A stretch of 64,000 bases of DNA from Spirochaetia bacterium (GCA_045606105.1 JAZURI010000002.1:155230-219229), one strand, 5' to 3'; numbered from the stretch's first letter, positions 1 to 10,203 are shown. Numbers and translations: made by a program. The notes: a model not told the origin generated them from the sequence alone.

Positions 1-717
1 GAAATCGGAACCATTCAGGATATCAAAGCTATCGGTGCCATTGCCAAAGAAAAAGGTGTCTATTTCCATACCGATGCGGTTCAGGCTATCGGAAAGATAA
101 AGATTGATGTCAGGGATATGAATATCGACTTCCTCAGCATGTCGGGACATAAGATCTATGCCCCTAAGGGAATCGGTATCCTCTATGTCAGAAAAGGGGT
201 TCCTTACTGCCCTTTCATCCACGGAGGACATCAGGAGGGAGGCCGCAGGGCAGGAACTCTCAACACCACAGGTATCGTTGCTCTCGGAAAGGCGGCAGAA
301 ATGGCAGAGCTGGAGCTTGAAGAGGAATATACAAAGCTTTCATCCCTGAGGGACAGACTCAAGAAAGGAATCATTGAATCCATTCCAGATATCAGGGTAA
401 ACGGAAACCAGGAGCACTGTCTCCCGAACACCCTTAATGTTTCATTTATCGGAGCCGAGGGTGAATCCATACTTCTTTACATGGATCTTGAGGGAATTGC
501 GGTTTCCACAGGTTCAGCCTGCTCCACAGGTTCTCTTGAGCCTTCTCATGTGCTTATGGCTACCGGCGTTGATGCAGAGCTGGCTCACGGCTCCATCAGA
601 TTCAGCCTCGGCAGGGAAAACACAGAAGAGGATGTTGACTATGTACTGGAAAAACTTCCTCCTATCATCGAAAAAATAAGAAAAATGTCCACTGTTTACA
701 GAAAGGGAGGAAAATAA
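1..717 (+). CDS. nifS: Cysteine desulfurase (NifS/IscS family), C-terminal part; 5' end lies outside the window
   Basis: In-frame translation from nt 1 (EIGTIQDIKAIGAIAKEKGVYFHTDAVQAIGKIKIDVRDMNIDFLSMSGHKIYAPKGIGILYVRKG...) matches the class-V aminotransferase/IscS core including the HTDA and SGHK(I/L)YGPKG motifs. NifU follows immediately. Confidence 0.85.
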   Translation, partial: EIGTIQDIKAIGAIAKEKGVYFHTDAVQAIGKIKIDVRDMNIDFLSMSGHKIYAPKGIGILYVRKGVPYCPFIHGGHQEGGRRAGTLNTTGIVALGKAAEMAELELEEEYTKLSSLRDRLKKGIIESIPDIRVNGNQEHCLPNTLNVSFIGAEGESILLYMDLEGIAVSTGSACSTGSLEPSHVLMATGVDAELAHGSIRFSLGRENTEEDVDYVLEKLPPIIEKIRKMSTVYRKGGK

Positions 718-1313
718 TGAATTCATGGGTATATACAGAAAAAGTAAAAGAGCATTTCACAAATCCTAAAAATATTCTTGATGATGAAGAATCATTCGGT
801 GCAGACGGCCGCGGAGAGGTCGGAAACATTGCCTGCGGAGACCAGATGCTGGTTGTTATCAAGGTAAAGGACAATATCATCACAGAATGCAAATGGAAGA
901 CATACGGCTGTGCCAGTGCCATTGCCAGCACATCAATGATGAGCGAGATGGTTGTGGGCATGACTATCCAGGAGGCATACAAGATCAAGCCGGACGATAT
1001 CGTAGGTGAACTGGGAGGTCTCCCGGGACATAAGATCCACTGCTCCGTACTGGGTGACAGGGCCCTGAGAGCTGCCATCGAGGATTACTGCAGGAAAAAC
1101 GGACTTGAGGATAAGCTCGAGAAGGAAAAAGCCATTGTTATCTGTGTCTGCAACAACATTACAGACCAGGATATCGAAGACTTCATCAAGAACGGAGGCA
1201 AAAGCTTCGAGGAATTCCAGGAGAAGACCAAGATTGCCACAGTCTGCGGCGGATGCAAGGAAAAAGCAATGGATGTCTTTGAAGGATATATGCACCTTTT
1301 CGGAGGACATTGA
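717..1313 (+). CDS. nifU: NifU Fe-S cluster assembly scaffold (U-type N-domain plus C-terminal CxxC/BFD-like domain)
   Basis: 198 aa with GCASAIASTSMMSEMVVGMTIQEA and CGGCKEKAMD motifs. Its ATG overlaps the nifS stop (TAATG). Confidence 0.85.
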   Translation: MNSWVYTEKVKEHFTNPKNILDDEESFGADGRGEVGNIACGDQMLVVIKVKDNIITECKWKTYGCASAIASTSMMSEMVVGMTIQEAYKIKPDDIVGELGGLPGHKIHCSVLGDRALRAAIEDYCRKNGLEDKLEKEKAIVICVCNNITDQDIEDFIKNGGKSFEEFQEKTKIATVCGGCKEKAMDVFEGYMHLFGGH

Positions 1314-1552
1314 TGAAAAAGAGTACCGTCCTGATAATCGGCGCGCTTACGGGACTGATTATCGGTTATCTTGTTTTTGCAAAGACAGGAAACAGCTATA
1401 TTGAGCTGAAAACCCTGGTTCTTCCTGCAAAAAATGCCCTGGTCAAGGCTTTAAACAAGATCGGCGACCTTAATACCGTAAGAATCCAGATTCTGGCCTG
1501 CGGTGCTGCAGGTGCCATACTCAGCATGCTGCTTTTCAGAAAGAAAAAATAA
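1313..1552 (+). CDS. Small hydrophobic membrane protein, function unknown
   Basis: 80 aa ORF (MMKKSTVLIIGALTGLIIGYLVF...) with two predicted TM segments. Its start overlaps the nifU stop (TGATG). I recognise no family. Confidence 0.4.
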   Translation: MKKSTVLIIGALTGLIIGYLVFAKTGNSYIELKTLVLPAKNALVKALNKIGDLNTVRIQILACGAAGAILSMLLFRKKK

Positions 1553-1555
1553 ATA

Positions 1556-2497
1556 TCAGAAGGGCCGGCCGCAGGCTTTCGGGGCTGAGCTCTTTCTTGA
1601 TGAAAACACAAGGGCAATCAATGTAGCTATATACGGAAACGCACCGAATACGGCTGTAGGGATATCCTGCAGCCCCGGAAAAACCCGTCCCATATTAGAT
1701 ACAGTCATACAAATACCGAAAAAGAAGGATGTCCCCAGTATTCCCAGCGGATTCCAGTGACCGAAAATCATTGCTGCAATAGCAAGAAATCCCAAACCGT
1801 TCATACCTGCTACGGCATTGAAATCTCCGGCATAAGTTACAAGAACACATGCACCTGCAAGCCCGGAAAACAATCCTGAAGCCATTACCCCCAGATATCT
1901 CATTTTTATAACATTTATTCCTGCGGAAGCAACGGCAGAAGGATGTTCACCGCACCCCCTGAGCCTGAGACCGAAACTTGTCCTGTAAAGAAGAAAAAAC
2001 ATCATTCCCCATAGTATCAGGCAAAGATATGTGGACCAGTATACATTGGAAAAGAGAAGCGGACCTATAACCGGGATTTCTGACAGAAGAGGTACATCTG
2101 TCCTGATGATTCCTCTGGTAATGTGAATATTTCCGGCACCTGTAATAACCTTGGCCATAAAGACTGTTAACGAAGAGGCAAGCATATTGACAGCAATTCC
2201 GGATATTATCTGGTCTGCCTTGAGATTGACTGCGGCAAATGCATAAAGAAGAGAAAAGATTACCCCTCCTGACATAGCTGCCAATATTCCCAGAACAACA
2301 GACAATGTAAAGGAAATCCCCGATTCCTGAAGAAGCATTACAGTCAGTGCTGAAACAAAGCATCCGATAAGCATGAGTCCCTCTATACAGAGATTTGTAA
2401 CTCCGGACCTTTCGCATATAAGACATCCCAGAGCTGCCATCAGCAGAGGCATGGTATATGTGACGGAATTCTGAAAAATAGAATAAATTATTTCCAT
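1556..2497 (-). CDS. ABC transporter permease (BMP-family nucleoside/sugar importer, YufQ/RbsC-like)
   Basis: 313 aa polytopic membrane protein. It is co-oriented with, and overlaps, the second permease, the ATPase and the BMP lipoprotein. Confidence 0.8.
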   Translation of the reverse strand: MEIIYSIFQNSVTYTMPLLMAALGCLICERSGVTNLCIEGLMLIGCFVSALTVMLLQESGISFTLSVVLGILAAMSGGVIFSLLYAFAAVNLKADQIISGIAVNMLASSLTVFMAKVITGAGNIHITRGIIRTDVPLLSEIPVIGPLLFSNVYWSTYLCLILWGMMFFLLYRTSFGLRLRGCGEHPSAVASAGINVIKMRYLGVMASGLFSGLAGACVLVTYAGDFNAVAGMNGLGFLAIAAMIFGHWNPLGILGTSFFFGICMTVSNMGRVFPGLQDIPTAVFGAFPYIATLIALVFSSRKSSAPKACGRPF

Positions 2498-3564
2498 AAA
2501 TGCTTTCTCCCGATAATGAATGCGGATATTCTTTTTCCGTATCCCGCAAAAAGGACACTTACGGCACTGCTGTAAATTATTACCGCTATTACGGTATCGA
2601 CAAGATCCTGAGGAATTCCCATGACAGCCAGTGACCCGGAAGCCATTCTCAGGATACCGAAGAATAAAGCAGAAAAGAGGATTCCCACAGGGTTGCAGTT
2701 TCCAAGAAGCGCCACGGCAATTCCGTTGAACCCTTCGGAAGGCATGATACCTATCACAATACTGTCAGTATAACCGCAGTACATGGTCACACCGGCAAGA
2801 CCGGCAAGAACACCGGAAATGAACATTGTCGTAATTATGGTAGATGATACATTGATACCGGCATATTCAGCACAGCTTCTGTTGGCCCCTACTGCTTTCA
2901 GTCTGAAACCGAGTGTACTCCTGTCCAGAATAAACTTCACCGCAAAAACCATAATGAGTGCTATTATCAGTCCGTAATTAAGGGTGGAATATAGGGTCAG
3001 TTCCCGGATCCATTCCGCACTCAGGGTTTTTTCTACAGGAAGAGAGGCGGATCTGATGAGAACAGAGGGATTACAGATAAATCTTGGAACAGCATCATAT
3101 ACAATCCAATAGGCAACCCAGTTCATCATGATTGTGGAAACAACTTCATGGACATTGTACCTGGCTTTAAGAAAACCGGCTACAATACTCCATAAGCCTC
3201 CTGTTGCCGCTGCTGTAACCACAATGATAAGAATGGTTATTATCCTTGGTACGGAATCCGGAAGGTAGGCGGCTGCAAGGGAGGCTGCCAGTCCTCCCAT
3301 AATCATCTGCCCTGCGATACCTATATTGAAAAGCCCGCATCTGAAGGCAAAAGCAAATGAGAGTCCTGTCAGTATAAGCTGGGTTGCACATCCCAGAGTA
3401 CAGGCAATTCTTCTTCCGGTAGCCAGAGCTCCGAAAAAGATCTCATAAAGCCCCACAAAAGGATTCTTCCCTACACAGGCTATAAAAATCATACCGGCGG
3501 CAAGTCCTGCGGTTACTGCCATAAGAGATGTAATAATTACAGAAAGTTTTTTAGACTCACCCAT
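2488..3564 (-). CDS. ABC transporter permease (BMP-family importer, YufP-like)
   Basis: 358 aa polytopic membrane protein. It overlaps the neighbouring ATPase and permease genes. Confidence 0.8.
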   Translation of the reverse strand: MGESKKLSVIITSLMAVTAGLAAGMIFIACVGKNPFVGLYEIFFGALATGRRIACTLGCATQLILTGLSFAFAFRCGLFNIGIAGQMIMGGLAASLAAAYLPDSVPRIITILIIVVTAAATGGLWSIVAGFLKARYNVHEVVSTIMMNWVAYWIVYDAVPRFICNPSVLIRSASLPVEKTLSAEWIRELTLYSTLNYGLIIALIMVFAVKFILDRSTLGFRLKAVGANRSCAEYAGINVSSTIITTMFISGVLAGLAGVTMYCGYTDSIVIGIMPSEGFNGIAVALLGNCNPVGILFSALFFGILRMASGSLAVMGIPQDLVDTVIAVIIYSSAVSVLFAGYGKRISAFIIGRKHLWK

Positions 3565-5080
3565 TTTTTATTCCTGTCATCATAAGTCCCACCGCATTTA
3601 TATCGGTTTCTTCTCTTTTTACTATATCAATGATTTGTCCGCTGTTTATTACTGCAATACGGTCGGAAAGATTGAATATTTCATCAAGTTCAAAGGATAT
3701 CAGAAGAACCCCTTTTCCCTTGTCACGCTGCTCCACTATCATTCTGTGGATAAAACTGACAGCACCTACATCAAGTCCCCTTGTAGGCTGAACTGCCAGA
3801 AGAAGGTCGGGGTTTTCCGTTATCTCCCTTCCGATAATCATTTTCTGCTGATTTCCGCCGGAAAGAGAACCTGCGCTGCTGTCAGCACCTTCTCCGCACC
3901 TTACATCGAAAGTATCAATTATTTTTTCTGCATGACGGGTTATTTCATCAAAACAGAGGATATTGTTGCTTGAAAATTTCCCGGTATAATATTTTTTTAT
4001 CACGGCATTGAATGAGAGTGAAAAATCGGGAACCAGACCTCTTTTCAGCCGGTCTTCGGGAATATGTCCCAATCCACCTTCATTTCTTTCCCTGACACTG
4101 AGGGATGTTATGTTACGGCCGGAAAGAATTATGCTTCCTTCCGATATCCTGATGAGACCGGCCACCGCTTCCGCAAGTTCAGTCTGCCCATTGCCTGAAA
4201 CTCCGGCAATTCCCAGGATTTCTCCCTTCCGCACATCCAGGGATAAATTGTTTACAACCTTCACCCCTTTTTTGTCAACAATACTGATGTTCTTGATTTC
4301 AAGAACCTTGTTTCCGGGAACGGAAGGCTTTTTTTCCAAACTCAATGATACCGGGTGCCCAACCATCAGTGATGCCATTTCCTGTACTCCCACCGAAGCC
4401 ACATCCACTGTATCTATATATTTTCCACGCCTTATAATGGTACATTTTCCTGCCAGGGTTTTTATTTCCGCCAGCTTGTGGGTAATAAGTATGACTGATT
4501 TTCCTTCGGCAGCCAAAGCTCTGATGATTTTTATGAATTCCTTTGTTTCAGACAGAGTAAGGACTGCCGTAGGTTCGTCAAACAGAAGAATATCGGCATC
4601 CCTGTACAGCATCCTGATTATTTCCACCCGCTGCTGCATCCCCACGGTAATATCCGATATCTTCATGTCAGGTTCTATCATAAGTCCGTACTTTTCCGAT
4701 ATTTTCCTGATTCTGCGGCCGGCTTCCTCCAGGTTGTATACAAAACCTCCCTCATTTCCCATAATAATGTTTTCAGCAACGGTAAAATTATCCATAAGCT
4801 GAAAATGCTGGTGAACCATTCCGATGCCGAGTTCGAAAGCATCCTTGGGACTCCTTATGACAACATCCTTCCCTCTTATCCTTATCCTGCCGCTGTCAGG
4901 TTTTACCAGACCGAAAAGGATATTCATGAGAGTGGATTTACCGGCTCCGTTTTCCCCCAGAAGTGCGTGAATCTCCCCTTTTGCCACCTTGATGGTTATA
5001 TTATCATTAGCTTTTATCCCGGGAAAACTCTTGCAGATTCCTATCATTTCTATTTCATATCCGTTGCTATTCTCTGACAA
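3557..5080 (-). CDS. ABC transporter ATP-binding protein with duplicated ATPase domains (RbsA/YufO-like)
   Basis: 507 aa. Two Walker A motifs (GENGAGKST and a degenerate second one), an LSGGNQQK signature and a LLLFDEPT Walker B. Confidence 0.85.
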   Translation of the reverse strand: MSENSNGYEIEMIGICKSFPGIKANDNITIKVAKGEIHALLGENGAGKSTLMNILFGLVKPDSGRIRIRGKDVVIRSPKDAFELGIGMVHQHFQLMDNFTVAENIIMGNEGGFVYNLEEAGRRIRKISEKYGLMIEPDMKISDITVGMQQRVEIIRMLYRDADILLFDEPTAVLTLSETKEFIKIIRALAAEGKSVILITHKLAEIKTLAGKCTIIRRGKYIDTVDVASVGVQEMASLMVGHPVSLSLEKKPSVPGNKVLEIKNISIVDKKGVKVVNNLSLDVRKGEILGIAGVSGNGQTELAEAVAGLIRISEGSIILSGRNITSLSVRERNEGGLGHIPEDRLKRGLVPDFSLSFNAVIKKYYTGKFSSNNILCFDEITRHAEKIIDTFDVRCGEGADSSAGSLSGGNQQKMIIGREITENPDLLLAVQPTRGLDVGAVSFIHRMIVEQRDKGKGVLLISFELDEIFNLSDRIAVINSGQIIDIVKREETDINAVGLMMTGIKNG

Positions 5081-6089
5081 TTAATTCTCCCTCTGATATC
5101 TTTCTTATGACCTCTTCCAGGCTCCTTAATGTTTCATCGGAAAGATTCGGATTATTTTCCGGAATACCCATTCCGCCGTTATTCACCCCATGATATTTTA
5201 TTTCACCGCCGGGAAAATTTCCGGCAATGTAATCCAGGGCATTCCTATAGGCTACCAGAGAGACATTTTTTATTGCCGATGTAAGTATACATGATGTCCC
5301 GTCTCCCAGCTCTCCCAGACTGTATTGGTCGGAATCGACTCCGATAACCCAGACCTTGTTACCTTTCAACCTTCTGTTCTTTGCCTCGTTTATCACCCCT
5401 AAACCGGTGGAGCCTGCAGCGGCAAAGACAGCCTTGACCCCTTTTGAATAAAGAGCATTTCCCAGCTGACTGCCCAGAGCCATATCATTGAAAGAGCCGG
5501 CATAAATAAAATTGCTCCTGTCTATGATTATATTTGTTCCCAGATTACGGTTTGCATATTCAATACCCTGAATAAAACCGTTTTCATAACGGATAACCGG
5601 AGGAAGCTTTACTCCGCCGACAAAACCAAGCAGTCCTTCCTTTATTTCCAGTGAGGAAGCCACTCCGACCAGAAATCCTCCCTGCTCTTCCCTGAATATG
5701 TTTACGGAAACATTCTTTGAAGGGGCTTCCTGAGGAGTAATATCTACAAGTGAAAGGGAAAGTTCCGGATAATATCCTGCAGCTATATCAACTATATCAG
5801 AAAAGGCATATCCCGGCAGTACAATAAAGCCGTACCCCCGGTCATAAAGATCTGTAAGGCTTGAAATCCTTTCGGCTACCGACAGGTCTGCAGGTTTGAG
5901 ATATGTTACCACTGCCCCGGTTTCAGATCCTGCTTTCAGAAGCCCTTCATGGATACCCTGATTGAAGCAACGGTCATCCACACCGCCCATATCCACCAGC
6001 ATCCCCAGCCGGACTCCCTGTTCCTCCTTGCCGCGGCAGGCTGCAAAAAGGACCAGAATCAAAGCAATCAGAACCAGAATTCTTTTCAT
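5067..6089 (-). CDS. BMP-family lipoprotein; purine-nucleoside-binding protein of the ABC importer (PnrA/TmpC-like)
   Basis: Lipobox signal peptide MKRILVLIALILVLFAAC, then the Bmp/PnrA fold signature. I took the internal ATG as the start, not the longer ORF that begins at 6176. Confidence 0.8.
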   Translation of the reverse strand: MKRILVLIALILVLFAACRGKEEQGVRLGMLVDMGGVDDRCFNQGIHEGLLKAGSETGAVVTYLKPADLSVAERISSLTDLYDRGYGFIVLPGYAFSDIVDIAAGYYPELSLSLVDITPQEAPSKNVSVNIFREEQGGFLVGVASSLEIKEGLLGFVGGVKLPPVIRYENGFIQGIEYANRNLGTNIIIDRSNFIYAGSFNDMALGSQLGNALYSKGVKAVFAAAGSTGLGVINEAKNRRLKGNKVWVIGVDSDQYSLGELGDGTSCILTSAIKNVSLVAYRNALDYIAGNFPGGEIKYHGVNNGGMGIPENNPNLSDETLRSLEEVIRKISEGELIVRE

Positions 6090-6174
6090 GTTCACAGTAT
6101 ATAACAAAATTATTGTAATTGGAAGAAAAAGGTTATATATTATTAATATAATAATAAAAGATCGAGGTTTTATC

Positions 6175-6378
6175 ATGCCTACTTATGTATATGAATGCTG
6201 CAGCTGCGGAAAGGTTTCCGAGGTTTTTCAGTCCATGTCTGACGAGCCTCTGACAACATGTGAAAAATGCGGCGGAAAGATAAAAAGAATCATTCCCGGA
6301 GGCTCATCCGTAGGAATCGTGTTCAAGGGCAGCGGATTCTATTCCACTGACAATTCCCGTTCCGGAGGTAAATCCTGA
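6175..6378 (+). CDS. FmdB-family zinc-ribbon protein (putative regulatory protein)
   Basis: MPTYVYECCSCGKVSEVFQSMSDEPLTTCEKCGGKIKRII is the classic FmdB CxxC...CxxC signature. It lies 2 nt upstream of mscS. Confidence 0.75.
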   Translation: MPTYVYECCSCGKVSEVFQSMSDEPLTTCEKCGGKIKRIIPGGSSVGIVFKGSGFYSTDNSRSGGKS

Positions 6379-6380
6379 AA

Positions 6381-7202
6381 ATGGAATTTCTGAACAATAC
6401 CCTTTTTACGATAGGTCATCTTGAAATATCAATACTGACCATACTCATGCTTTTCCCTATTTTCATCGTTTCTGCGGTGATGGGAAAGATATTCGGAAAG
6501 ATAGTAAAGAGATCTCTGAAAAACCATAAAGGACATTTAAGCGATTCATCCCGCTTCAGGATGGAAAAGATAACCCAGTACGGGGTTTCTATAATTGCCG
6601 TGTTCACCGGTCTTACCATGATAGGAATCGACCTTTCCGTCATAGCCGTGGTTTTCGGTACACTGGGTATCGGTATCGGTTTCGGTCTCCAGAACTTCAT
6701 TGCCAACTTCTCGGCCGGACTTATCATTTTCTTTACCAGCCCCATCAAGGAGGGAGACCGTATCACAGTAGGAACCCAGGAGGGCTATGTTATCAAGATT
6801 AACACCATTTCGACCATAGTAAACACACTTATGGATGAAACCATGGTGGTTCCAAACTCCCTGCTCATATCTGATGTGATTTTCAATCACACCTTTACAG
6901 GAAGCGATGTATGTATCGAGAATACAATTATTATTGATTATGCGGCAGATGTGGACAAGGCCCTTGCAGTAATGTCCGACGAGCTGAAAAAATGTCCTTA
7001 TCTCCTTCCGGGATGTGAACCTGATGTCAGGGTTTCATCATTTGAGGAAATAGGTATAAAGCTGGTTTCTTATATTTCTATAAGGGATGTAAAGGATAAG
7101 GGACGTGCCAGAGCCTGCAACAACCTGAATATACTTCACGCTTTCCAGGATAAGGACATCCCTCTTCCGACAAGAAGAATAAATGTGATGGTTAAGAGTT
7201 AA
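6381..7202 (+). CDS. mscS: Small-conductance mechanosensitive channel (MscS family)
   Basis: 273 aa. N-terminal TM helices followed by the conserved MscS beta domain (GDRITVGTQEGYVIKINTISTIVNTLMDETMVVPNSLL). Confidence 0.75.
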   Translation: MEFLNNTLFTIGHLEISILTILMLFPIFIVSAVMGKIFGKIVKRSLKNHKGHLSDSSRFRMEKITQYGVSIIAVFTGLTMIGIDLSVIAVVFGTLGIGIGFGLQNFIANFSAGLIIFFTSPIKEGDRITVGTQEGYVIKINTISTIVNTLMDETMVVPNSLLISDVIFNHTFTGSDVCIENTIIIDYAADVDKALAVMSDELKKCPYLLPGCEPDVRVSSFEEIGIKLVSYISIRDVKDKGRARACNNLNILHAFQDKDIPLPTRRINVMVKS

Positions 7203-7755
7203 CTCTTTCCTGATATTCCTTTGTCTCTGTATTTACAAGAATCTTCTCTCCTTCCTTGATGAAAAGAGGAACTCTTACTGTAAGACCGGTTTCAATCTTA
7301 ACAGGCTTGGTTGTCTTTGTAACTGTATCGCCCTTGATGCCTTCGCTGGCTTCTGTTACCTTGAATACCATCTTTGCAGGAAGCTTGATATCAATAGGTC
7401 TGTCTTCCCATCTTACTACTCTGTAATCCTGACCCTCAAGCATGAAATAGATCTTGTCCTCAAGACCTTCTCTTGGAACAGGGAACTGTTCGAAGGTTTC
7501 ACCTTCCATGAAGTAGTAGTTTTCATCATCTGCGTACATGTACTGGCAGTTGGTTTCTGTTACAGAGATTTCTTCAGCTGATTCGTTTGTCTTCATTACA
7601 GTTGCAAGACCCTGATTGTTCAGAAGGTTCTTGAGCTTGAGACGAACAAATGCGGAACCCTTTCCAGGGTTTACGAATTCTCTTTCAACTACAAGATATG
7701 GCGCATCCTTAACCAGGAGGAACATTCCTTTGTCAATTGCTCCGGCTTTAATCAT
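7192..7755 (-). CDS. efp: Elongation factor P
   Basis: 187 aa. The KPGKGSAFVR-type loop appears as NPGKGSAFVRLKLKNL, and the full EF-P three-domain length is present. Confidence 0.9.
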   Translation of the reverse strand: MIKAGAIDKGMFLLVKDAPYLVVEREFVNPGKGSAFVRLKLKNLLNNQGLATVMKTNESAEEISVTETNCQYMYADDENYYFMEGETFEQFPVPREGLEDKIYFMLEGQDYRVVRWEDRPIDIKLPAKMVFKVTEASEGIKGDTVTKTTKPVKIETGLTVRVPLFIKEGEKILVNTETKEYQERVNS

Positions 7756-7823
7756 TTTTATACCTCAAATTAATAGATTATATATAGTGATTTTATATTT
7801 TTATCATAATTAATAACTTTAAA

Positions 7824-7852
7824 CAACAGTTTTTATTTGCAATTTAATAAAA
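7824..7852 (+). promoter_or_regulatory. Candidate sigma70 promoter for the cytidylate-kinase-like gene (TTGCAA, 17 bp spacer, TAAAAT)
   Basis: The intergenic region between divergent efp and the downstream gene is AT-rich and contains TTGCAAtttaataaaatagattgTAAAAT about 45 nt upstream of the ATG at 7894. Confidence 0.3.
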
Positions 7853-7893
7853 TAGATTGTAAAATTATAATATAAACGAAAAGGAAGGTACTT

Positions 7894-8721
7894 ATGGCAA
7901 TTATTACAATAGCCAGACAGGAAGGAAGTCTCAGCAACGAAATAGCTCTCGAACTGGCTTCCAGGCTGGGTTGCCAGTGTGTTGCAAACGACCTTATAGT
8001 ACAGGAGCTTACAACAAAATACGGCATAGATGAAAAGGCCATCAACAAATACGATGAAAAGAAGCCGGGTCTCCTTGCAAGTCTTACAAACCAGCATGAT
8101 AAATACAACAACTATTTCAAGCTTTATTTCCTTGAGAAAGCAATCAGCTCCCCTAAATGTATACTTCTGGGAAGAGGCGGTGCATTTTTTCTCAGGAATG
8201 TTCCGGGGGTCCTCAGGATCAGGGTTGTGGGAAACGAGAATCTCAGGGTCCGGAGAATGATGAAGATCAAGAACATCGATGAGAAGGCTGCAAGAAAGCA
8301 TGTGGCACTCAGGGACAACGAAAGAGCCGGCTATACAAGGTTCTTCTACAACATGTCATGGGATGATCCGGGCTCCTACGATATTGTCATCAATACCGAC
8401 AATCTCACTCCCGATACCATTGCGGCATTCCTTGAAGGAACCATCAATCATTATGAAACCGAGGAATATACCGAAAAGCTGGTAACCAGGTTAAATGAGC
8501 TCTATATCGCCCAGAAGCTTACCATCCATCTTCTTTACGAGGAAAAGATTCCTATCCATTTCCTTGAAGTCGATGTGCAGGGAGATCATGTAATTCTCAT
8601 GGGAACTGTTGAGGTACAGGGTCTTATCGAGCAGGCCGGGGTTGTGGCATCCCAGTATCCGGGAATCAGGAGCGTTGACAACAAGATAGTCTTTGTCAGC
8701 AGCTACCCTCCTATGGCATAG
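7894..8721 (+). CDS. Cytidylate-kinase-like family protein with a C-terminal BON-like domain
   Basis: 275 aa. The N-terminal MAIITIARQEGSLSNEIALELASRLG resembles the Cytidylate_kin2 family. The C-terminal ~80 aa (HFLEVDVQGDHVILMGTVEVQGLIEQAGVVASQYPGIRSVDNKIV) resembles a BON domain. Confidence 0.55.
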   Translation: MAIITIARQEGSLSNEIALELASRLGCQCVANDLIVQELTTKYGIDEKAINKYDEKKPGLLASLTNQHDKYNNYFKLYFLEKAISSPKCILLGRGGAFFLRNVPGVLRIRVVGNENLRVRRMMKIKNIDEKAARKHVALRDNERAGYTRFFYNMSWDDPGSYDIVINTDNLTPDTIAAFLEGTINHYETEEYTEKLVTRLNELYIAQKLTIHLLYEEKIPIHFLEVDVQGDHVILMGTVEVQGLIEQAGVVASQYPGIRSVDNKIVFVSSYPPMA

Positions 8722-9556
8722 GAACAGTAAAGTCCTGAAGCTCCAGGCAATATATGTTTTTTCCGGATTCTCCGGAGGATATGGTTTCCAGGGCGGTTAT
8801 GAAGGCTGCCTTGAAATCATAGTACAATATTCTTTTCACCTTTTTCCTTTCCCGATCCGAAAGAAATTCAGGATATGAGTGATAGTTTATCAGGGTAATC
8901 CTGTTATCCTCGCTGATATTTTCATTGGAGAGCGTGGAGAGAACCTTTCCTGCAGTTATCAGGATTTCAGCTTTTTCCTTTCCGAAAATCTCCTTTGTGC
9001 TTCCCTCCTGCTCCAGCCGTTTTCCACGGAGGCCCTCTCCGTATCCCTTTCCGAAGGCATCGAACATGAAGCTGCACAGAGGGTTGTCGTAGTAGATGAA
9101 AAGAGTCTCCCGGCCCTCTTCCTTAATTCCGCTGCCCAGCTTTTCAAGAAAAGCTGCCCCTTTTCCCCTGATTTCCAGACTTTCATCTATACCTGCAGCA
9201 GGACCTACAACCAGACAGTTCCTGCATATATCCTGCTTTCTTATTTCGGGAGTAAAGTAGATGTAGGGTGTAACGATAACCGGAAGCGGATTCTTCCCGG
9301 TACAGTATTTTTCTGCCGCCTCCACAAAATCCTTCTCATCCGCCACAGGAACAGGTTTAAGCCTGAATCCTTTCCCGGAGGCTGCACTGCGGAGCTCCTT
9401 CATGAAATCCTTTTCCCCGGAGGCTGAAAACAGAGGAACATCAAGAACTGCCGCTTCACTGAAATGCCTGTCATGGAGAAAGATTATTTCGGGTCTGCCG
9501 CAGCTGCCCAGCATAAGGAATGCTGTAAGAATCAGCATGAACCTGAATATTTTCAA
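8711..9556 (-). CDS. Hypothetical lipoprotein
   Basis: 281 aa. Signal peptide with lipobox FLMLGSC. No family recognised. Its start overlaps the upstream membrane-protein gene by 4 nt. Confidence 0.5.
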   Translation of the reverse strand: MKIFRFMLILTAFLMLGSCGRPEIIFLHDRHFSEAAVLDVPLFSASGEKDFMKELRSAASGKGFRLKPVPVADEKDFVEAAEKYCTGKNPLPVIVTPYIYFTPEIRKQDICRNCLVVGPAAGIDESLEIRGKGAAFLEKLGSGIKEEGRETLFIYYDNPLCSFMFDAFGKGYGEGLRGKRLEQEGSTKEIFGKEKAEILITAGKVLSTLSNENISEDNRITLINYHSYPEFLSDRERKKVKRILYYDFKAAFITALETISSGESGKNIYCLELQDFTVPMP

Positions 9557-10203
9557 GCCTTGGACTCCGCTTTGCGGGCTGCCAGGAAGAATATGGCGGT
9601 AAATACGATAATAAGACCGGCCAGCAGCACCAGGGACTGGATCCTGTGAAAGCTGTAATAGAGTGCCGAAACTGCGGCTGTCTCAAAAGGTACGGCAAGC
9701 ATGAGAATCAGAACCGGTATCTTCATGGCAACGGTACCCTTGTAGAAGCAAGCTGTAAACAGTGCCGCAATCACACACTGGAGAAGCATTGCTGCCGGAA
9801 GCATGAAAATAAGATAGGGATCTGCCCAATGGCCGTGGATACTGTAATAGAACTTTGCCATAACACCGACAAACATGAAAACAGCCATGAAGACGAATGT
9901 CCTGTAAAGAATACCTGAAAAGCTTTCGTTCCTGTATCCGGCTGCCATGATGAAGACCGTAATGATACCGATGAAGTAGAAATAGAGGTGGTCATGTACC
10001 AGGTAATGATAAAAAAGGACCTTGACCGAATCATTCAGCTGAATGAAGCCTGAAAGGAACTTATATGAAAATGCTGCCGCGAAAGCAACAAGAACTGCAA
10101 TAAGAGACCGGAAAAAAAATACTGAAAAACGGCGTTCTCCGGGTATCATCAGACAACCGCCTGTCACCAGCGCCGCAAACAGGATTATCGGAAACCATAT
10201 CAT
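9553..10203 (-). CDS. Hypothetical polytopic membrane protein (about 6 TM)
   Basis: 216 aa and highly hydrophobic. It is first in a two-gene unit with the lipoprotein. Confidence 0.5.
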   Translation of the reverse strand: MIWFPIILFAALVTGGCLMIPGERRFSVFFFRSLIAVLVAFAAAFSYKFLSGFIQLNDSVKVLFYHYLVHDHLYFYFIGIITVFIMAAGYRNESFSGILYRTFVFMAVFMFVGVMAKFYYSIHGHWADPYLIFMLPAAMLLQCVIAALFTACFYKGTVAMKIPVLILMLAVPFETAAVSALYYSFHRIQSLVLLAGLIIVFTAIFFLAARKAESKA

